DNA of 64,000 nucleotides. It comes from a virus. The first letter of the stretch is position 1. Every line of letters starts with the position of its first letter. A program made the translations under genes and the position numbers. Below the pieces are notes generated by a model. It was not told where the DNA came from and did no database searches. It saw only the letters and a list, made by a program, of their open reading frames with translations. The stretch lies in IMG/VR virus record IMGVR_UViG_3300042878_001826, positions 64,001-128,000 of that record; one strand, written 5' to 3'. Positions 19,648-29,167 of this stretch are shown here, piece after piece.

Positions 19648-20496
19648 ATGAGTGGAATAATAAGCAAACAAATAAATAACAAGAACATTTTGTTCTATTT
19701 TGATGCTGCAAACCTAAAATCATATAATGGAACCAGTAATGTTGGATATAGCCTTGTTCTTGGAACTACAGCATCTTTGTTAACAGGTGTTACTTGGAGT
19801 ACGGTAAATAGTGGTGTTATGAGGTTCAATGGAACGTATTCTGCCGTTCCAAATATAACTACTTATACTGGATATACAAAAGATTCTTGGATAACATGTG
19901 GAGACAGAATACCTAAACTTGGATTATCATTTCCATTTACTTTAGAAGCATGGATAAATCCAAAGAAGCTAAATGGTCTAACTACAACAATACCCTATGG
20001 AGTATTCGCACTAGATTCGACAGAGTCTTTTTCGCTCAATGGCTCTATTTCCTATTATTATGGTTTAGATTTAGGTCTTTCTACAAACGATGGGACAGAC
20101 ACGCATAATTTTACATGTGGGTACTACAACGGTACTGGGTATGGGTCTGGTGCTAGGAGGTCTACAATTACATTAGAAAGGCCTGTTATATGTGGAAATT
20201 GGAACCATGTAGTTGCTGTAGTTTCCGCACTTAACACGTTTACATTTTATATAAATGGAGAGTCTACACCAATCGAACTTGTGGGTTCCGAATTCGGATC
20301 GGGAGAGAACACTTCAGGAATAGTATGGAGTGGTGGAATTGGAAAGACGGTAATCGGAAAGGGTGCAGGATACTACAAATACATATTCAACGGAGATATA
20401 GCAATGGTAAGAGCTTACAACTCAGCACTAAGTGCGGATAATATAAAGCAAAACTACAACCTTCATGCAGTAAGGTTTGGACTTAATATAAAATAG
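19648..20496 (+). CDS. LamG/concanavalin-like domain protein, probable virion protein
   Basis: FYFDAAN.KSY; FTLEAWI; WNHVVAV; FYING; RAYNSALS..IKQNY. Confidence 0.8.
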   Translation: MSGIISKQINNKNILFYFDAANLKSYNGTSNVGYSLVLGTTASLLTGVTWSTVNSGVMRFNGTYSAVPNITTYTGYTKDSWITCGDRIPKLGLSFPFTLEAWINPKKLNGLTTTIPYGVFALDSTESFSLNGSISYYYGLDLGLSTNDGTDTHNFTCGYYNGTGYGSGARRSTITLERPVICGNWNHVVAVVSALNTFTFYINGESTPIELVGSEFGSGENTSGIVWSGGIGKTVIGKGAGYYKYIFNGDIAMVRAYNSALSADNIKQNYNLHAVRFGLNIK

Positions 20497-20504
20497 ATTT
20501 AAAA

Positions 20505-23210
20505 ATGGGAGTAAGAGGAATATACTACGGAGGAATAGTCTTGGATGGCTTGGTATTCCATATCGACGCAGCAAAACAAGAGTCTTACGCGAAGAGAGGA
20601 CTTAGATACATGCAGAACGGAAACAGCAACCTGTTCATAGATTTCGCGGATACTTCTAAAAGTCCATCTACGGAAAATGCCACAGGTACTATAATAAATG
20701 GTGTTACTTTTAGTAACTTTGCACCATATCATCTATCAACCACACCATATTGGCACAATCCTGCAACGACTGCATGGAAAGATAGTGCAGGAATAGGAAC
20801 TTTCTACGGAAACTTAGAGTTTGATGGTGTAAATGACTATGTGAGTTTTGGATCGACACCTGAGATGGATGGAATAAAGGATATAACGGTATCTGCGTGG
20901 TTCTATGTAAATAAATTTAAAAGTGGTGCTGTTCCTGCCGGTGGAACAACAAGTATCATAGCGTCTCGATACAACGGTGTTAATGGATGGGCTCTTGGTT
21001 ATAATAATCAAGGAGTGGTTTATTTTGATGGAAGAGAAAGTGGTGCAGAATATCTGTCAGTAACTGCAAGTATTCCAGTAAAGTCTTCAAATAGTACTAC
21101 GAATGGTGGTTGGTACAACGCGGTTGGAACAAAACAAGGAAGTGTTTGGAGTATATACGTTGCAGAAACCAATAGGTATATTGTCGATGGAGATAGAAGT
21201 ATATATGTAGCAGCGTACCAACAATCTCTTTTAGGTACTCGAACAATGGGAGTTGGAACTACTACATTCACAACAAACAATCTATATTTAGGTTGTGTTG
21301 TATTTGGCACACCTACTTTACACATGGATGGAAGGTTGATGTCTTTGTCGGTATACAACAGAGCACTATCTCTTAGTGAGATAAACCAAAACTACGATTC
21401 TGTAACAAAGAGAATAATAAAAAATTCTGTTCCTGCAAGTCCTGAGTTCATAACAAAATGGAATACAAGCATTCCAATAATGGAAACAGCAACCGGTATT
21501 ATAGAGATACCTATAAATCCCTCATATACCTACAACTACACAGTCGACTGGGGAGATGGAATAACTACTACCGGACACACAGGAAATGCGACACATACAT
21601 ATGCTACGAATGGTATATACACAGTAAAGATAACCGGAACTTTTCCTGCGATTTTTACATCTAACAATATTTATAAAGTTAGGATGATTGAGGTGAGTCA
21701 ATGGGGAACAAATGTTTGGCAAACAATGGAGAGTGCATTCTATGAATGTTCAAATATGAACGTGACTGCAACGGATGCACCTAATCTTTCTGTAGTTACA
21801 AATATGTTTGCAATGTTTAGAGGATGTATATCCATGAATGGTAATATATCGAGCTGGGACGTATCTAATGTTACGAGAATGATTGATATGTTCTCTCAAG
21901 CAACTTCGTTTAATCAGCCACTTAATTCTTGGAATGTTTCGGCGGTTACTGAAATGCAAGGTATGTTTGCAGGAGCAACGTCTTTTAATATGCCACTTTA
22001 TTCTTGGAATACGATGTCAGTAATAAGTATGGCGGGTATGTTCGGAAATGCGGTATTATTTAATCAGAATATATCTGCTTGGAATACCTCGGCTGTTACT
22101 GAAATGTCTAGTATGTTCGATGGGGCGACCGATTTCAATAATGGTGGACAACCGATGCTTACTAGCGGAAATAGCTGGAATACATCGGCGGTTACAGATA
22201 TGAGTACCATGTTCTATCAGGCCAGTTCTTTCAATGCGAACATAAGCAATTGGAATACTGCAAATGTGACTAATATGGGTGCTATGTTCTATGAGGCAAG
22301 TGTTTTTAATTCGAACATAAGTAGTTGGAATACTGTAAATGTGACTGCAATGTATAGTATGTTCTTTAACGCATATTCCTTCAACAGACCAATCGGTTCT
22401 TGGAACACTGCAAATGTGACTGGTATGGGTAGTATGTTCTGGGGTGCAACATTGTTCAATCAGAATATATCCGCTTGGAATACCGCTGCGGTTGTAGATA
22501 TGAGTGGTATGTTCTTTAGTTCTGCATTCAACAATGGTGGACAGCCAATGCCTACTAACGGAAATAGCTGGAATACATCGTCGGTTCAATATATGAGCAA
22601 TATGTTCAATCAAGCTACAAACTTCAATCAAAATATAGCAACATGGAACACTTTGAGTGTTATTTCTATGAGACAGATGTTCTATGGTGCTTCTGCTTTC
22701 AACAATGGTGGACAACCGATGCCGACTAATGGAAATAGTTGGAATACCACGAATGTTACAGATATGTGGGGTATGTTCTCTTACACTACAAACTTTAATC
22801 AAAACATAGCAACATGGAATACTGCAAATGTTACTACTATGGGTCCTATGTTCAACGGTAGTATATTCAACAATGGAGGACAACCAATACCAAGAAATGG
22901 AAGTAGCTGGAACACCGCATTGGTTACGGATATGAACTCAATGTTCTATATGAACGACGCGTTCAACCAAAACATAGGAACTTGGAATGTTTCTAACGTA
23001 ACAGACTTCACAAATTTCATGTCGACAAAAACTCCGACTACGTTATCAACTGCGAATCTTGATGCTATATATATAGGATGGGTTAGTAGACCAGTTAAAC
23101 CAAATATCATCATCTCGTTTGGAACGGCGAATAGAACTTCCGCGAGTACAAGTGCAAGAAACGCATTAATAGTTGCTAATTTATGGACTATAACAGATGG
23201 TGGAATATAA
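20505..23210 (+). CDS. LamG + PKD-like + DUF285/BspA-type repeat protein, probable virion adhesin
   Basis: N-terminal LamG (VYNRALS..EINQNY); VDWGDG..HTYA PKD; many WNTxxVTxMxxMF repeats. Confidence 0.85.
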   Translation: MGVRGIYYGGIVLDGLVFHIDAAKQESYAKRGLRYMQNGNSNLFIDFADTSKSPSTENATGTIINGVTFSNFAPYHLSTTPYWHNPATTAWKDSAGIGTFYGNLEFDGVNDYVSFGSTPEMDGIKDITVSAWFYVNKFKSGAVPAGGTTSIIASRYNGVNGWALGYNNQGVVYFDGRESGAEYLSVTASIPVKSSNSTTNGGWYNAVGTKQGSVWSIYVAETNRYIVDGDRSIYVAAYQQSLLGTRTMGVGTTTFTTNNLYLGCVVFGTPTLHMDGRLMSLSVYNRALSLSEINQNYDSVTKRIIKNSVPASPEFITKWNTSIPIMETATGIIEIPINPSYTYNYTVDWGDGITTTGHTGNATHTYATNGIYTVKITGTFPAIFTSNNIYKVRMIEVSQWGTNVWQTMESAFYECSNMNVTATDAPNLSVVTNMFAMFRGCISMNGNISSWDVSNVTRMIDMFSQATSFNQPLNSWNVSAVTEMQGMFAGATSFNMPLYSWNTMSVISMAGMFGNAVLFNQNISAWNTSAVTEMSSMFDGATDFNNGGQPMLTSGNSWNTSAVTDMSTMFYQASSFNANISNWNTANVTNMGAMFYEASVFNSNISSWNTVNVTAMYSMFFNAYSFNRPIGSWNTANVTGMGSMFWGATLFNQNISAWNTAAVVDMSGMFFSSAFNNGGQPMPTNGNSWNTSSVQYMSNMFNQATNFNQNIATWNTLSVISMRQMFYGASAFNNGGQPMPTNGNSWNTTNVTDMWGMFSYTTNFNQNIATWNTANVTTMGPMFNGSIFNNGGQPIPRNGSSWNTALVTDMNSMFYMNDAFNQNIGTWNVSNVTDFTNFMSTKTPTTLSTANLDAIYIGWVSRPVKPNIIISFGTANRTSASTSARNALIVANLWTITDGGI
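21780..23020 (+). repeat. tandem ~25-aa DUF285-type coding repeats, four with an FNNGGQP insert
   Basis: Recurrent tggaa(t/c)ac...atgttc and aatggtggaca at DNA level. Confidence 0.85.
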
Positions 23211-23220
23211 TATATAGTAT

Positions 23221-25005
23221 ATGATATCAAAATATAATAACTTTATTTTAGAAAAAGCTTTAAACGAGTCTACTTTATATGTTTCTCCTGAGATACTTAA
23301 AAGGCTACAAAAGATTGGTAGTGAAATATCAAGAGATTTAATAAATCAGTTAGGACAGGATATAAAGCCAGATGCAACATTCTTGGACGAAAGTGATAAA
23401 GAAGGTGAACTTACTTTCATCACGATAAGAAATGCAATCAAAAAACTAAGTGATATATATCATGGTGATCCAGATTTCGTTAAGAGTATTGGGGAGCCAG
23501 CAGTTGATACTTTTGCAATAAATATTTCAACCATGTTAAAGAACAACGAACCTGATTTCTGGACTCAATCAAGAAATCCTATAAAGATAGGTAGATTCAT
23601 AAGACAGGTATTTCCAGGTAAATATTCAGATGTTGATATTGAGAAGTTTGTTAACGCATTCAAAAGCTCCGATGAAAAGGATCTACAGAAGTTCATTCTA
23701 GTAGAAGGAGAAGATATTGCAAAATACTATTGGCACGAAAACTATAAAGAGATGGCAGGAGACTTAGGAAGATCTTGTATGGCAAGAAAGAAATTCTTCA
23801 ACATCTATACTCAAAATCCAGAAGTTTGTAGACTTTTAGTTCTTTTAGAAGATGACAAAGTGATAGGAAGGTCTCTTATATGGAAGTTAGATAGAAACAA
23901 CGGAGAAAGTGAGATTGAGTATTTCATGGATAGACAATATACCATAGAGCAATCAGATGTCATCAAGTTCACAAACTACGCAAAAGAAAACGGATGGGCA
24001 TATAAAACATACAACAACCACCATAGCTATTCAAACATAACCCATTTAGGAAGAGAGATGAACTGTGAGATAGTCGTAAAGATAGAAAAGAAGAATTATG
24101 ATGAGTATCCTTATATGGATACACTCAAAAGATTTAATCCAAAGACAGGAGAACTTTTCAACGATACGGATAAAGATGGAAATGAAGGTCAGTTTCTATT
24201 AGAAGATACTGATGGAGACTACACGGAAATAAAATCGGGAAAATGGTCTGAATATTATGATACAGAAATAGATGAAGATGATGCTGTATGGTCTAATGCA
24301 TATGGCGACTGGTTACCTGAGAACAGAGCAGTTCACATAGAAACAGGAAGAGGTAGAAGTAATACTGGATGGTTTCCAGAAGATGACGAAAACATCTACT
24401 ACTCGGAATGGGAAGATGAATATCTACACATAGACGACTGTAGATATTCTGAAGACAAAGACGAATACATACTGAGTAGAAATTCTATATCGGCTGCATA
24501 TAAAATATATGAAGATGGAAGTATAGAAACAAGCTGGTATCACCAAGACGACGACCATTGCATAGATATAGACAGAACGATGAGATGGTATGAAATACTA
24601 TCGGAAAAAAATTCTGATTGGGAAGATGTTTCTAGAATGAATCTAAAAATCACAGATAGATGGAGTACAGTATATAAAGAATTCTATCCTAAGATATTCA
24701 AAGTATTCTTATATAGAATGAAAAATTCAAAAGATAAAATCTATCTAAGCGTAAGAGATGCGAAGATACTTGGATTTGAATATGACAAAGATGATATGAT
24801 TGAGATAGATGACTTCGAATACCACAAGAGATTGAATGAAGCTTATGTAAATGATAAAAGTTTATTTGATACTTTAACAGAGAAATTGGAGAATGATCTT
24901 ATTCCGAATACAGAAAGAATCGCGGATGAAGGCGAAGAAGATATGAAACAAATGTATGTCAATAGGCTTCAAAGAGCTTGGGACAAAATGGGTTATGATA
25001 AATAA
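23221..25005 (+). CDS. hypothetical late protein, SCM-motif family (paralog of 54501-55658)
   Basis: LGRSCM; GRSLIWKL; FMDRQY; YPYMDT; TAATATATA box upstream. Confidence 0.75.
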   Translation: MISKYNNFILEKALNESTLYVSPEILKRLQKIGSEISRDLINQLGQDIKPDATFLDESDKEGELTFITIRNAIKKLSDIYHGDPDFVKSIGEPAVDTFAINISTMLKNNEPDFWTQSRNPIKIGRFIRQVFPGKYSDVDIEKFVNAFKSSDEKDLQKFILVEGEDIAKYYWHENYKEMAGDLGRSCMARKKFFNIYTQNPEVCRLLVLLEDDKVIGRSLIWKLDRNNGESEIEYFMDRQYTIEQSDVIKFTNYAKENGWAYKTYNNHHSYSNITHLGREMNCEIVVKIEKKNYDEYPYMDTLKRFNPKTGELFNDTDKDGNEGQFLLEDTDGDYTEIKSGKWSEYYDTEIDEDDAVWSNAYGDWLPENRAVHIETGRGRSNTGWFPEDDENIYYSEWEDEYLHIDDCRYSEDKDEYILSRNSISAAYKIYEDGSIETSWYHQDDDHCIDIDRTMRWYEILSEKNSDWEDVSRMNLKITDRWSTVYKEFYPKIFKVFLYRMKNSKDKIYLSVRDAKILGFEYDKDDMIEIDDFEYHKRLNEAYVNDKSLFDTLTEKLENDLIPNTERIADEGEEDMKQMYVNRLQRAWDKMGYDK

Positions 25006-25006
25006 G

Positions 25007-25035
25007 AAAAGTCGAAGAGAAATCTTCGACTTTTT
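25007..25035. terminator. bidirectional intrinsic terminator
   Basis: AAAAGTCGAAGA-GAAA-TCTTCGACTTTT. Confidence 0.8.
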
Positions 25036-25038
25036 GAT

Positions 25039-25755
25039 TTATTTGGTGGCTACTAATACTTTTACTCTTGGAAACTTCGTGCTGAATATTCTATGGTATC
25101 CATCAATCACTCGCCATTTGTCTCCAGACTTCTTTACAATCCCTCTGATACCATTGTAGTTTTTATCAGAATAAAAATCTAAGTCTTTTTTCATTACTTT
25201 ATCTAAATGCTTTTCGGTACCGAATATGATGTCGTCTTTATCGATTGTAATAGATTCGTAGTTTGAATCTGTAATCTCTGGAAGAATCTTACCGTATTCT
25301 ACTTTCAAAAGATACTCAATCTTTTCTTTTAAACTAGGTAATGAAAATACAGTCATAAGCTCTTCTTCAATCTTGTCTGCAATAGATTCTTTTATTCTGA
25401 CATCGTTTACTTCTTGTCCATAGTACCCACCTTCAACTTCAATATCCCAGTTATCAGATTCCCATATTTTATAGGATCTAATAATTCTATCAATCGTATA
25501 GATGTCTATGTCTTTTCCAATACCATAAAGAACTTCGTTGATTGTGTTGTTTCTATTAGCAGCCTTTCCTTCTTCGAAAAATTCGTCGTATATTTTTTTG
25601 ACTATTAAAGATACATCAACAGACTCAACAGACTCATTATGAATACTACCACATCTACATATACCTTCTTCATCACACCCATAATTTTCACAATCATAAG
25701 TATAGCTATAGTCTACGTAAACACCGTTGTATTGAAATTTTATGTCTTTGAGCAT
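25039..25755 (-). CDS. hypothetical protein with C-terminal ParB/Srx-like motif
   Basis: WRVIDGYHR; N-terminal Cys cluster. Confidence 0.55.
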   Translation of the reverse strand: MLKDIKFQYNGVYVDYSYTYDCENYGCDEEGICRCGSIHNESVESVDVSLIVKKIYDEFFEEGKAANRNNTINEVLYGIGKDIDIYTIDRIIRSYKIWESDNWDIEVEGGYYGQEVNDVRIKESIADKIEEELMTVFSLPSLKEKIEYLLKVEYGKILPEITDSNYESITIDKDDIIFGTEKHLDKVMKKDLDFYSDKNYNGIRGIVKKSGDKWRVIDGYHRIFSTKFPRVKVLVATK

Positions 25756-26045
25756 CTTCTTCTTAGTTTATATTTTCTACCCTCTATTGTTTTGTAGCCA
25801 TAAAACTTACCGTCTCTCATAGAGATATAGATTTCTTTGAGTATGTTTCCTGAAAGGTCGTGCCAGCCAGAATGAACCAGTTCTTCCTCACAGAATGGAT
25901 ACCATTGATTCAGTCTGTTGACTTTTCTCTTACCATCAACATTGATTGGATTATCTAAATAAAGAAACTTAGAATCACCAAGATTCTCGTTCTTCTTATA
26001 CATCATCTTTATTCTTGAAACAAGGTGTGCCTTTATGAAATTCAT
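25740..26045 (-). CDS. hypothetical protein
   Basis: ORF track. Confidence 0.55.
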   Translation of the reverse strand: MNFIKAHLVSRIKMMYKKNENLGDSKFLYLDNPINVDGKRKVNRLNQWYPFCEEELVHSGWHDLSGNILKEIYISMRDGKFYGYKTIEGRKYKLRRRCSKT

Positions 26046-26461
26046 ACTGCTTGCCCGTTTACGACTCCTTTGTGGTATCCTCTGAAGTCTGGATAGGTAA
26101 TACCTTCTACTTTGTCTAAGTAGTTGGTGATTGCCCCAATGATGTTTTGACGACCATTAGTATTGTCAGAGTGAACGTACCAGCTTTTAGGAAATGATTT
26201 GTCATTATCTAAGCAGTATCCGATTACATAGTCGACTGCATTTTTTCCCGTCATTTCGTTTCCGTCCGCGTCAAAGCAAGCCAAGTCGTGGTCGAAAGAG
26301 ATCAAGTCAATGTCGTCGAATTTCGCGTTTACAACGTCTACAAAGTCGTCGTAGGTTCTAACAATAGTCCAGTCAGAATCTTTGGAATAAGCTACTCCTA
26401 ACCCTTTAGAAGAGTTGTGTGCCATGTTCGCGGATCTGATGTCGTCTAAAAATAAGTTCAT
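26042..26461 (-). CDS. cyclic-phosphate-processing receiver-like domain protein
   Basis: LFLDDIR; ISFDHDL; TG; VHSDN..G. Confidence 0.75.
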   Translation of the reverse strand: MNLFLDDIRSANMAHNSSKGLGVAYSKDSDWTIVRTYDDFVDVVNAKFDDIDLISFDHDLACFDADGNEMTGKNAVDYVIGYCLDNDKSFPKSWYVHSDNTNGRQNIIGAITNYLDKVEGITYPDFRGYHKGVVNGQAV

Positions 26462-26462
26462 T

Positions 26463-26633
26463 TTAGTCTAAGTAAATGTCTAAGTATTCAGTGAAGCAAT
26501 AGTCTAATAGTACGCCTTGGTACATCAGCTGTTCGTATTCAAAAAGGTTATCACACTTTGACAATCTGTCGATGATGAAGTTCGCGTAGATTTGTCCAAA
26601 GTATTGAGCGATTTGTTTTAGTTTATTTTTCAT
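26463..26633 (-). CDS. small hypothetical protein
   Basis: Likely start MKNKLK at 26633, coupled to the upstream stop. Confidence 0.55.
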   Translation of the reverse strand: MKNKLKQIAQYFGQIYANFIIDRLSKCDNLFEYEQLMYQGVLLDYCFTEYLDIYLD

Positions 26634-26884
26634 TGTTCGTTTTTTAAAAGTTCTTCTAATTGATTGATAGTTATTACAGACTCTACGTTTGTTAGGTTCT
26701 GCTCGCCTAGTGGTCTTGAAAGCTGAGATTTTAACCAAGTCTCTCTAGTACTATTCTTAATCTGCGTTGCCTTTTCAAAGGAAGTTGGATCGGAAGATAC
26801 AATGTCCCATTCTTTTTTCCCAAAGTTTTCGCTAAACGGATCTGTTTCGGTCCAGCTGCAGATAACAACATATATATTTTCCAT
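26630..26884 (-). CDS. hypothetical protein
   Basis: First gene after the TATCTTTG box at 26901-26908. Confidence 0.65.
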   Translation of the reverse strand: MENIYVVICSWTETDPFSENFGKKEWDIVSSDPTSFEKATQIKNSTRETWLKSQLSRPLGEQNLTNVESVITINQLEELLKNEQ

Positions 26885-26919
26885 AGTGTTTTATTTTAAA
26901 CAAAGATAAGGAATGTTTG

Positions 26920-27372
26920 CTAGTTTTGAAAGTTTCTAAGAAATTTCTTTTCGACTGGTCTCAAACCATCCATTCCGCACTGTCCGATTCTGTCCAGAAC
27001 GAGGTCCATGTCGAGGTTGTCGTAGATCCATTGGTCGAGCTTGGCCTTGTACGTGTTCCATCTGAAACGGTTTAAGGCGTTCACGAATGGCTTAAGCGAG
27101 CTTTCGACACAGAGCTTGTTGTCCAGAACTCTTTCTGAAACATCTTCTGTTGTGTGCTCGATAAGGTTGTTGTCCAATATCTTAGAATACTTCTCTATGT
27201 CTAACGGAGAGAATATAAGATAAAGAGTATAACGTTCCTTGTCGTTGAAGTCAAAGAACGAATCCGGGTTCATAGAAGATATAGCAAGTTTCTCTTGCTC
27301 GGAAAACCTTTCGTAGTCTTTGTCAAGCTCGAAAGAGGATTTGTTGAATTCTATTTTGTATACTCTGTTCAT
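26920..27372 (-). CDS. hypothetical protein
   Basis: TAATATATA box upstream; C-terminal DLVLDRI...G...L..EKKFL. Confidence 0.7.
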   Translation of the reverse strand: MNRVYKIEFNKSSFELDKDYERFSEQEKLAISSMNPDSFFDFNDKERYTLYLIFSPLDIEKYSKILDNNLIEHTTEDVSERVLDNKLCVESSLKPFVNALNRFRWNTYKAKLDQWIYDNLDMDLVLDRIGQCGMDGLRPVEKKFLRNFQN

Positions 27373-27411
27373 ATGGTATATATATTAAAAACATGTAACA
27401 TCATGATATAC

Positions 27412-28065
27412 TTATAACTCTATAATATCATTATGTTCTTGTCCTAAGATTTCGAAAGATTTCCAATCATATCCTGATTGTCTAGAATCTTTTGTCAATG
27501 CCACATAGTAAATAGTGCCACCTAAATCTGCTTTTATTACTTTTGGTATAAGGTGATTCTTTACTTTCTTAAACTTCTCACAAAGTTTTTCGTTTACAGC
27601 TTCTTCGATTATACCAAATACATGACGATCAAAAACAGACTTCATCTTCTCTAATCTTCTAAGCTCTTCACCAAGCTCGAATTGTTTTTGTTTGCTTAAA
27701 ATAAAGTTTATCTTTTCTTCTCTTGCGAGAACTTTTTCTTTAGAGAAAGTAACTCTGTCAGTAGAGTAAGCCCATCCAAAATGTTCGTCTTTTCTTATAG
27801 AGTATTTATAAGTAATTCCATCTCTATCAAAATAGACTTGCATAGATCCTTTTTCACCTGGATTCATACTATCAATAGGTTCGACTTCATTGATTATCTT
27901 ATCGATGAAATCTGAAAAGTCTTTTCTTCTCCTATCCGCTCTTTCTTTTGCACGAAGATAAAGTTCATGTAGCTCTTTGAAGCTCCAAGTCTTTGGATCT
28001 CTATCGAATTTACATTCAAACTCCCATCTTCTCAAAAAGTTTACTCCCAGGTTTTTATTGTACAT
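27412..28065 (-). CDS. hypothetical protein with internal REEKINFIL motif
   Basis: ORF track. Confidence 0.65.
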   Translation of the reverse strand: MYNKNLGVNFLRRWEFECKFDRDPKTWSFKELHELYLRAKERADRRRKDFSDFIDKIINEVEPIDSMNPGEKGSMQVYFDRDGITYKYSIRKDEHFGWAYSTDRVTFSKEKVLAREEKINFILSKQKQFELGEELRRLEKMKSVFDRHVFGIIEEAVNEKLCEKFKKVKNHLIPKVIKADLGGTIYYVALTKDSRQSGYDWKSFEILGQEHNDIIEL

Positions 28066-28068
28066 TGC

Positions 28069-28311
28069 TTATTTTTTTAAAGTCTCGTCAATCTTGATGT
28101 CTCTCTCAATCGCTTCTTTATTTTGATGATACCAAATTCTAAAGTCACATCCGTAGTAGATGAACTCTTTGATAGTTTTACCATCTTCTTCATATTCAGC
28201 ACAACAAGTTTGACCAAACATGAATCTACTAAAACTTTCTTTCCAGATATCCGGAATTTCAGAATCTTTGATGTCTCTACCTTCTTCGTATATTTCTTTT
28301 AGATTTTTCAT
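28069..28311 (-). CDS. hypothetical protein with C-terminal RDIKIDETL motif
   Basis: Behind the TATATTTG box at 28331-28338. Confidence 0.7.
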   Translation of the reverse strand: MKNLKEIYEEGRDIKDSEIPDIWKESFSRFMFGQTCCAEYEEDGKTIKEFIYYGCDFRIWYHQNKEAIERDIKIDETLKK

Positions 28312-28358
28312 GTACTTTTCTTTTAGTCTACAAATATACGGATTTTATTTCAAAGATA

Positions 28359-28961
28359 TTATCTTTTTATGAAATTGTCTAATATTATGAACGTGTCTCT
28401 TTTATTTTCTGGATGAAAAAGAAGTCCGTATCTTTTTTTAGAATCACTTAGTATTGCAGCAATCTTTCCGTTTATTGTTGCATGAACTTCAAATTCTTTA
28501 GGACAATCGATAGGATTATCGTTGAACGCAAACGAAACAGGAGTTGAATCTAAATCTATTCCTTCAAAAAGCCAATGTTCTTTTATGTTGCCTAATATAG
28601 ATTCTCCTATAGTAAGTTCAGTTCCACTATTTACCTTTGCACCATAGTGTATTGCCATGGTCTGCATACCAAAACATATACCTAATAAAGGACAGTCTAG
28701 TTTATCCATTGCCAACGCGGCCAAAGAATAGTCGTCTTTGTTTGCTCTATAGTCAGATCCGGTTGATATAGCACATAATATTTTTTCTGCACCCAAAATT
28801 TCATTTAGCTTCGCCACATCGTCCACTACAATGTGTTCGATATTCCTATCTTTTAGATAAAGAACTATGTTTTCTAAATACTTTTTTTCAGGTGGTTTAC
28901 TGTTATCTATTACTAACACCTTTCCTATATCAAAACTTTCAAATCTTTTTATCCATCTCAT
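28359..28961 (-). CDS. class I glutamine amidotransferase (GMP-synthase GATase-like), stand-alone
   Basis: LVIDN; PLLGICFGMQ nucleophile elbow; FHPE. Confidence 0.85.
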   Translation of the reverse strand: MRWIKRFESFDIGKVLVIDNSKPPEKKYLENIVLYLKDRNIEHIVVDDVAKLNEILGAEKILCAISTGSDYRANKDDYSLAALAMDKLDCPLLGICFGMQTMAIHYGAKVNSGTELTIGESILGNIKEHWLFEGIDLDSTPVSFAFNDNPIDCPKEFEVHATINGKIAAILSDSKKRYGLLFHPENKRDTFIILDNFIKR

Positions 28962-29007
28962 ATACTATATATTATTTATATGAAATAAAAAAAGAGCCGA
29001 AGCTCTT

Positions 29008-29166
29008 TTATTTGTTTTCTTTTATTTGCTCTACACCGTAGAATATCATTAGTTCATCTATCCATCTTTTTATGATAGCCGCCTTTTCATATTCCTCAAT
29101 CTCTACTACATAATCTAATCTCATTTTTAAAAAGACTATATCGTATGGTAAATCTTCGTTTTTCAT
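29008..29166 (-). CDS. small protein with UVR (UvrB/C)-like motif
   Basis: EIEEYEKAAIIKRWI; likely start MKNED at 29166. Confidence 0.55.
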   Translation of the reverse strand: MKNEDLPYDIVFLKMRLDYVVEIEEYEKAAIIKRWIDELMIFYGVEQIKENK

Positions 29167-29167
29167 T

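Noticed and set aside
22056-22883. 275-aa minus-strand ORF with repeats, and other antisense ORFs in the track (e.g. 31037-31582, 14332-14730)
   Set aside because: Shadows of well-supported genes on the opposite strand; no promoter boxes or recognisable motifs
21780-23020. Diversity-generating retroelement template/variable repeats
   Set aside because: The repeats are in-frame coding units with mixed substitutions, and there is no reverse transcriptase in the window
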